A stretch of 19,860 nucleotides of DNA from a virus. Its lineage: Duplodnaviria; Heunggongvirae; Uroviricota; Caudoviricetes. Below are positions 15,391 through 19,860 of the stretch, one piece after another. The stretch lies in IMG/VR virus record IMGVR_UViG_2778261687_000001, positions 1-19,860 of that record. The stretch is one strand, 5' to 3'. Within the stretch, counting starts at the first letter, position 1; each line of letters starts with the position of its first letter. Position numbers and translations under genes: made by a program. The notes below the pieces were generated by a model, which was not told the DNA's origin, searched no databases, and saw only the letters and a list, made by a program, of their open reading frames with translations.

Positions 15391-15405
15391 ACAGGAGAAA
15401 AACGT

Positions 15406-15795
15406 ATGTCTGAACCCTTGTCCGGTTCCGGCACGGCTGCGGCGCTCGGCGGGGCGACGGTATTCGGGCTGTTTACCGGGACGGATTTCGGGATTGTGTT
15501 TGGCGCGTTTGCCGGGGCGTTGTTTGTGGCCACGATGCCACAGGTGATTTCTGTCTGGCGTGTGGCGGCGCATTTTCTGGTGTCGTTCATTGTTGGCGTG
15601 CTGGGGGCGGATGTCCTTGCGTCCTGGCTGGTCGAAAAATTGAATCTCCACAGCACATCTCTCGACGCGCTTTGTGCGGTACTGGTATCGGTGGTGTCGG
15701 TGAAGATTCTCTCATTCATCCACCAGCAGGATATCGCATCGCTGGTATCCGGGCTGTTCTCCCGTCTGCGGGGTGGAGGCGGTAATGTTAAGTAA
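15406..15795 (+). CDS. Putative holin (three predicted TM helices), 129 aa
   Basis: AGGAG 9 nt upstream; three hydrophobic helices; first gene of a cassette ending in the endolysin. Confidence 0.55.
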   Translation: MSEPLSGSGTAAALGGATVFGLFTGTDFGIVFGAFAGALFVATMPQVISVWRVAAHFLVSFIVGVLGADVLASWLVEKLNLHSTSLDALCAVLVSVVSVKILSFIHQQDIASLVSGLFSRLRGGGGNVK

Positions 15796-16063
15796 CCTTC
15801 CCGGATTACTGAATGTGGTGTTAAGCTCGGTTATCGTGCTGACGCTCTTTTTTTATCGTCGCGGTGAGTCGAGATATAAACCGCTGATGTCGTGGCTGGC
15901 CTGGCTGTTGATGCTGCTTTATGCTTTTGCACCGCTTTGTTATCTGTGTGGTCGCTTCCCACCAGGTAACTGGCTGGTTGTCCTGATTAACTTGGTGTTC
16001 TGCGTGCTGGTGATACGAGCACGCGGGAACGTATCAAAAATCCTTGTATTACGAAGGCGCTGA
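15785..16063 (+). CDS. Second lysis-cassette membrane protein (three predicted TM helices), 92 aa
   Basis: ATG at 15785 with GGAGG 5 nt upstream, overlapping the holin 3' end by 11 nt; stop lies 2 nt before the endolysin start. Confidence 0.5.
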   Translation: MLSNLPGLLNVVLSSVIVLTLFFYRRGESRYKPLMSWLAWLLMLLYAFAPLCYLCGRFPPGNWLVVLINLVFCVLVIRARGNVSKILVLRRR

Positions 16064-16064
16064 T

Positions 16065-16610
16065 ATGAAGTCGAAAGATGAAATTTTTGACGAAATTCTG
16101 GGAAAAGAGGGCGGTTACATCAATCATCCGGATGATAAAGGTGGACCGACCAGATGGGGCATTACTGAAAAAGTTGCCCGCGCACACGGTTATCATGGCG
16201 ATATGCGTGACCTGACGCGTGAGCAGGCGCTGGAAATACTCGAGGCGGACTACTGGTACGGACCACGATTCGACCTGGTTGCGAACCTGTCTCCGGATAT
16301 TGCCTCAGAGTTGTGCGATACGGGCGTGAACATGGGGCCAACTGTGGCGTCCAGAATGCTTCAACGCTGGCTGAACGTTTTCAACCTGCGCGGGAAACTC
16401 TATCCGGATATGGATGCTGATGGACGCATCGGGCCGCGTACTCTTAATGCATTACGGGCATATCTGAAAAATCGCAGCAGGGATGGTGAACTGGTACTGG
16501 TGAAAGCCCTGAACTGTACGCAGGGCGAGCGTTATCTGGAGCTGGCAGAGAAACGCGAGGCCAATGAGTCGTTTGTCTATGGCTGGATGAAAGAGCGCGT
16601 GGCTGTGTGA
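16065..16610 (+). CDS. Endolysin, GH108-type N-terminal domain with C-terminal peptidoglycan-binding domain, 181 aa
   Basis: Hallmark EGGYINHPDDKGGPTRWGIT motif of the GH108 family; follows two small membrane proteins. Confidence 0.8.
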   Translation: MKSKDEIFDEILGKEGGYINHPDDKGGPTRWGITEKVARAHGYHGDMRDLTREQALEILEADYWYGPRFDLVANLSPDIASELCDTGVNMGPTVASRMLQRWLNVFNLRGKLYPDMDADGRIGPRTLNALRAYLKNRSRDGELVLVKALNCTQGERYLELAEKREANESFVYGWMKERVAV

Positions 16611-16699
16611 TAGCATTTAAAAATGATCATTATCAATGAGTTAAGTGTATGTTGCGTTTAATTTCTCCTGGGCGTACGCAACCAAAAGGAGAAATACGT

Positions 16700-16906
16700 A
16701 TGAAGTACTATGTTCACACTCTTACAGATAATCAGAACGATCATGAGGTTCATACAGAAACATGTTTTCGACTTCCTGATGCAAACAATCGTAAAGAGCT
16801 TGGAGAGTTTAGCTCATGTGAGCCGGCAGTGAAGGCCGCAAAAAATCTGGGTTACACGAGGGTGAATGGATGTTACTGGTGCTGCAGAGATTGCCATACA
16901 TCCTGA
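16700..16906 (+). CDS. Small Cys-rich protein, 68 aa
   Basis: AAGGAG 8 nt upstream; C-terminal GCYWCCRDCH cluster; followed by a strong terminator. Confidence 0.5.
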   Translation: MKYYVHTLTDNQNDHEVHTETCFRLPDANNRKELGEFSSCEPAVKAAKNLGYTRVNGCYWCCRDCHTS

Positions 16907-16930
16907 CATAAGGTGTGAATAATTCTGACA

Positions 16931-16958
16931 AAGGTCGCTTCGGCGGCCTTTTTTATTA
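16931..16958 (+). terminator. Intrinsic terminator (UUCG tetraloop hairpin plus T-run)
   Basis: AAGGTCGC-TTCG-GCGGCCTT then TTTTTATT. Confidence 0.6.
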
Positions 16959-16985
16959 CTCAAAAACGAAAGAACGGAGGTACGT

Positions 16986-17267
16986 ATGTACGCACTCAAG
17001 AAAATCACGGTAACAGAAGACGGTCGTCATGTTGAGGAAGTGCATGTCCTGGGGGATATGTACCGCCTGGAGTTCTATCCGCGTAACACTCATCTTGCAG
17101 CGAAGATTGAGTATTGCCGGGACGGGAATATTCCGTGCATTCCTGTAGAAAAAGAGGATGAAGCCTACATCATCACACTGAACGGTGACACGGCGCGTTG
17201 TATCTGTCGTGGCGACAGTGAAGCCCGGAATGAAATAGCAAGATGTCGCGCCCATACAGATAAATAA
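16986..17267 (+). CDS. Hypothetical protein, 93 aa
   Basis: GGAGGT Shine-Dalgarno; soluble, Cys-containing; followed by a terminator-like hairpin. Confidence 0.55.
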   Translation: MYALKKITVTEDGRHVEEVHVLGDMYRLEFYPRNTHLAAKIEYCRDGNIPCIPVEKEDEAYIITLNGDTARCICRGDSEARNEIARCRAHTDK

Positions 17268-17273
17268 AAAGCA

Positions 17274-17312
17274 AAAACCCCGGCTGCGGGAACAGTTCGG
17301 GGTTTTCTGTTT
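17274..17312 (+). terminator. Terminator-like hairpin with T-rich tail
   Basis: AAAACCCCG ... CGGGGTTTT followed by CTGTTTC. Confidence 0.45.
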
Positions 17313-17338
17313 CTGACCTTGAGTAAGCAAGGGAGAAC

Positions 17339-17521
17339 ATGGAGAAGTATAAACGAATTCTGTTTAGGTTGACTATGAAAAACGGCCTTGAATTGAAAGC
17401 GCCTGTAACTGATGACATCAGCAGAGCGGTGGCTTTTGCCATTAAGTGGGTGGCTGTCGGTATCGCTGTGTCTCCGATTCTGTATGGGATGGCAAAATTG
17501 ATCATTGCTGTGAAATCGTAA
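17339..17521 (+). CDS. Small protein with C-terminal TM helix, 60 aa
   Basis: GGGAG upstream; hydrophobic C-terminal segment AFAIKWVAVGIAVSPILYGMAKLIIAV. Confidence 0.4.
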   Translation: MEKYKRILFRLTMKNGLELKAPVTDDISRAVAFAIKWVAVGIAVSPILYGMAKLIIAVKS

Positions 17522-17538
17522 GTGGGGCAGGGGTAAAT

Positions 17539-17673
17539 ATGTCAGATAGCATTATAAAACTGGCGCGAATTCTCTGTGTGGCTGTTGGCCTTTCATTTTC
17601 AGCAATGTTGGTTGCCATTTTCATTTCCACCGCCTGGCGAGTATTGAGCTTATCCGGATTGATTGGTGGATAG
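17539..17673 (+). CDS. Small TM peptide, 44 aa
   Basis: ATG at 17539, 17 nt after the previous stop; single hydrophobic helix. Confidence 0.3.
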   Translation: MSDSIIKLARILCVAVGLSFSAMLVAIFISTAWRVLSLSGLIGG

Positions 17674-17677
17674 TGAG

Positions 17678-17860
17678 ATGAAGCGAAAACACTGGACACA
17701 CAGAATGCCGCGAACGGCGGCGAAATGGGCACTGGTAGCGATACTGGTGCCTTTTTTCCTGGTGGGATGCGTCAGCCTGGATAAGGCGCGCCAGCTTTTC
17801 GATACGGCTTCTCAGGTCTGCGAAATTGTCGACGGTGTTCGACAGTGTCTGCAGAGCTGA
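17678..17860 (+). CDS. Small predicted lipoprotein, 60 aa (lipobox LVGC)
   Basis: Basic N-region, hydrophobic core WALVAILVPFFLV, lipobox LVG-C; short Cys-containing mature part. Confidence 0.45.
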   Translation: MKRKHWTHRMPRTAAKWALVAILVPFFLVGCVSLDKARQLFDTASQVCEIVDGVRQCLQS

Positions 17861-18033
17861 TCGCCCGTAAGAGCAGAATATTTCGCTGAAAAATGAAGGA
17901 TGCGCCAGCGTCCAGAAAGCATGAAATTCTGCTGTGTGTGCCAATTTGTCTTATACATTCTGAATCTTGCCGCATCAGGATGAACTTTGAACAACAGCCC
18001 GGGCGGCAAGGGGCATTTTTATCCGGAGGGGAT

Positions 18034-18258
18034 ATGAAGAGATTACTGGTAACCGTAAAGCCCTTTAACGGAACGATTCCATTCAGGGTTTTGCAGCGTG
18101 GACGTGTTCTGGTTAAGGATATCTTCAGTGGTAAATGCACGGAATGTTATTCCCGGACATATGAAGTGGATGCCACGGATGAAGAAATTTCTGTTGAATG
18201 TGATCTTAACGCGAATATGGCGGAGATTGTAACAGCCACGTTGTTACCTGTTTCATGA
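18034..18258 (+). CDS. Hypothetical small protein, 74 aa
   Basis: Internal ATG with GGAGGGG upstream inside track ORF 17893..18258. Confidence 0.4.
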   Translation: MKRLLVTVKPFNGTIPFRVLQRGRVLVKDIFSGKCTECYSRTYEVDATDEEISVECDLNANMAEIVTATLLPVS

Positions 18259-18298
18259 ATGACATAGAATGTCTCCGGGTACCCAAAAGGAGAAAACT

Positions 18299-18514
18299 AT
18301 GTTTGTAGAAAATAACCTGAAGGCCGATCCTGATAATCAGGGATGGGTTCTGGGTTGGGCTGTAGTACGTGACAAACCCTGGCATCTGGTCGGTATTTAT
18401 GCAACGGAGGATGGCGCAAAGTCTAAACGCTCTGAATTGAATGGGGAGTATGAAGTTCGTTATGGTTCCCATCGTTTAGGTAGTGATGATTTTATGTCTG
18501 TCGGACTTAGCTAA
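18299..18514 (+). CDS. Hypothetical small protein, 71 aa
   Basis: AAAAGGAG Shine-Dalgarno; followed by a strong terminator. Confidence 0.5.
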   Translation: MFVENNLKADPDNQGWVLGWAVVRDKPWHLVGIYATEDGAKSKRSELNGEYEVRYGSHRLGSDDFMSVGLS

Positions 18515-18526
18515 CTGGCTGTGATG

Positions 18527-18555
18527 CCTGTTTGTAGCCCCGCAAATGCGGGGCT
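18527..18555 (+). terminator. Intrinsic terminator
   Basis: AGCCCCGC-aaat-GCGGGGCT then TTTTTTAT. Confidence 0.65.
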
Positions 18556-18570
18556 TTTTTATATCTGGAG

Positions 18571-18969
18571 ATGATGATGGAAAAAACAGAAAACAAACCT
18601 GTTGCAATTGGTGCTGATGCTGCTCCGTTTAAGTTTGAGTTGTCTCAACTGGTGGAGATGCGCATCAGTGATGAATGGGGTGAGGTTAAAGCCCGCGCGC
18701 AGTATGCGGATGGCGAAAACCAGTACTTGATCCACTACAAGGCTGCAGATGGTCGCGCCACGACGCAGTGGTTTGGTGAGTCAATGCTGGAAGCAACAGA
18801 AGATGATCGCCATCCGGGCTGTCCGGTATTTGCCGGTATGAAATTACCGGAAGGGGCAGTTGAACTGCAGCCGGGTGAGGTGTTCGTAATGTCAGAAGTC
18901 ATTGATGGTAAACCGCAGTATTCGCGTATTGAAATGAATAGTAAGAGTGCTCGCCTGATTCGTGAGTAA
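18571..18969 (+). CDS. Hypothetical protein, 132 aa
   Basis: GGAG upstream of a triple ATG; soluble acidic protein; a 13-bp stem-loop follows the stop. Confidence 0.6.
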   Translation: MMMEKTENKPVAIGADAAPFKFELSQLVEMRISDEWGEVKARAQYADGENQYLIHYKAADGRATTQWFGESMLEATEDDRHPGCPVFAGMKLPEGAVELQPGEVFVMSEVIDGKPQYSRIEMNSKSARLIRE

Positions 18970-19016
18970 CAGGCATTACAGCAGCCCTTCACTCTAAGGG
19001 GCTGCTGTAATGTGAG

Positions 19017-19054
19017 AAATAAAAAACCGGTCCAGCTACACAGAACCGGCCGGC
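19017..19054 (-). terminator. Minus-strand intrinsic terminator
   Basis: Minus strand reads CCGGTTCTGTGTAGCTGGACCGG then TTTTTTATTTC. Confidence 0.45.
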
Positions 19055-19140
19055 GAAGACCGCCAATACCACCCATGCATTGATGCAACATACTAATGAC
19101 AATAGCCGCTATTGATGTAAATGCAATGTTATGCATCGAC

Positions 19141-19184
19141 GAAAATAAAAAACCGGCAGGGGAAATCCATTGAAGACTTGCCGG
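19141..19184 (-). terminator. Minus-strand intrinsic terminator (second copy of the AAATAAAAAACCGG-flanked hairpin)
   Basis: Minus strand reads CCGGCAAG...CTGCCGG then TTTTTTATTTTC. Confidence 0.45.
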
Positions 19185-19329
19185 TGGCAAAAGTTGCCAA
19201 TGCTTTTATAACCGTAGTCACAGAGTTACGAAGTGCAACACCGAATGCTGCTGGTATATGGATGAATGGCGTTTCAATGATTTTCATCAATTTATTCATC
19301 AGCAATGGTGATAATCACTCTCATTTGTG

Positions 19330-19545
19330 CGGGTCCTTCCGGTGGGGGGGCCTGCCACGGGGCGGCAGCGTCGCGGAAAACGGCTAGTTTTTGCATTTTC
19401 ATGGTGGCGGCAGCATGTGATGTAATTTATTGATAATTAAAAGCTATTTCCATTTTCACCTGTACAATATTTTTTTCTCCCTGTCATTAGACCAGTTTGC
19501 AATTCATTGAAATATATAAATAAACCTGATTTTCACCTGCCAGAT
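19330..19545. other. Lambda-like cos region: cosN-like core (about 19356-19376) and two ATTTTCACCTG direct repeats (19452-19462, 19529-19539) as candidate terS-binding sites
   Basis: GGGTCCTTCCGGTG ... ACGGGGCGGCAGCGTCGCGG resembles the lambda right end and cohesive-end region (ACGGGTCCTTTCCGGTG ... GGGCGGCGACCTCGCGGG) as I recall it; it lies about 200 bp upstream of the terS start, as cosN does relative to Nu1. Confidence 0.5.
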
Positions 19546-19555
19546 GGAGTTGCTT

Positions 19556-19860
19556 ATGTCAAATGTGAGCGGGATCGGTGATGCTTATTACTGGAGTGTT
19601 TTTAAAATCGCCGAGGCCTTTGGGCTTCACCGGGACACAGTAAAAAAACGGCTCCTCGCGGCCAACACTCCTGTGGCTGCGACTGTCAGGGGGAACCCCG
19701 TTTACGCCCTGCAGCATGTCGGGCCTGCCCTGTTTAGTGTGAAGCATGAGGCAGCAGACTCTGTTCATGATCCATCCCGTATGGGTAAGCGGCTCACCAG
19801 AACCGTATTGATATTTACTGAGAGCTCAGATCAACTTTCCAGGGCAACAGATCGCGTACC
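19556..19860 (+). CDS. Terminase small subunit (Nu1-like), N-terminal 101 aa; gene runs past the window end
   Basis: GGAG 7 nt upstream; open to the window edge; N-terminal HTH-like segment (YYWSVFKIAEAFGLHRDTVKKRL) and GNPVYAL motif parallel lambda Nu1; sits just downstream of the cos-like sequence. Confidence 0.5.
   Translation, partial: MSNVSGIGDAYYWSVFKIAEAFGLHRDTVKKRLLAANTPVAATVRGNPVYALQHVGPALFSVKHEAADSVHDPSRMGKRLTRTVLIFTESSDQLSRATDRV

Larger units (their letters stand above)
1..19860. mobile_element. Lambdoid prophage segment (early-left region through immunity, replication, nin, Q, lysis, cos and terminase start)
   Basis: Gene order and content: DicA-like repressor and Cro-like gene divergent around operator repeats, O-like initiator with iterons, DnaC-like loader, RusA, Q-like gene followed by promoter and terminator, holin and endolysin, lambda-like cos, Nu1-like terS start. 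No integrase or att site lies in the window. Confidence 0.85.

Noticed and set aside
15225-15719. ORFs 15225..15413 and 15227..15547 (plus) and 15303..15719 and 15385..15651 (minus)
   Set aside because: They lie in the hairpin-rich intergenic region or overlap the well-supported holin gene; Arg/Pro/Gly-rich translations typical of GC-rich non-coding frames.
18735-19190. Minus-strand 151-aa ORF
   Set aside because: It overlaps the plus-strand 18571..18969 gene and runs through two minus-strand terminator hairpins; low-complexity translation.
1-19860. CRISPR arrays, IS elements, integrase or attachment sites
   Set aside because: No spaced direct repeats resembling a CRISPR array, no transposase- or integrase-like ORFs and no terminal inverted repeats were found; the only tRNA-like sequence is internal to the prophage and not next to an integrase.

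Overview
This window reads as a contiguous segment of a lambdoid (Qin/Rac-like) enterobacterial prophage, running from the early-left DicB/DicF module to the cos site and the start of the terminase small subunit. In order: early-left genes on the minus strand (YdfD-like, DicB-like, a DicF-like sRNA), an accessory island with a 2-TM membrane protein, a RelE/ParE-type toxin-antitoxin pair co-oriented with a DicA-like repressor, divergent operator/promoter region, Cro/YdaS-like and YdaT-like genes, an O-like replication initiator with internal iterons, a DnaC-like helicase loader, a nin-like region with small genes and a convergent ParDE pair, a DUF968 protein, RusA, a putative Q antiterminator followed by a pR'-like promoter and terminator, a moron cassette (AT-rich multi-TM protein, small HTH protein, orphan DPPY methyltransferase), a glyT-like tRNA-Gly, a lysis cassette with a GH108 endolysin, a string of terminator-separated small genes, and a lambda-like cos site. 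The best candidates for an undescribed system are the moron cassette in the Q-to-lysis slot (12289-14638) and the accessory island between the DicF-like RNA and the YdfA-like gene (1300-2426); neither can be assigned a function from sequence alone. All protein, RNA and cos identifications rest on my reading of the translations and on remembered reference sequences; no database search was run.
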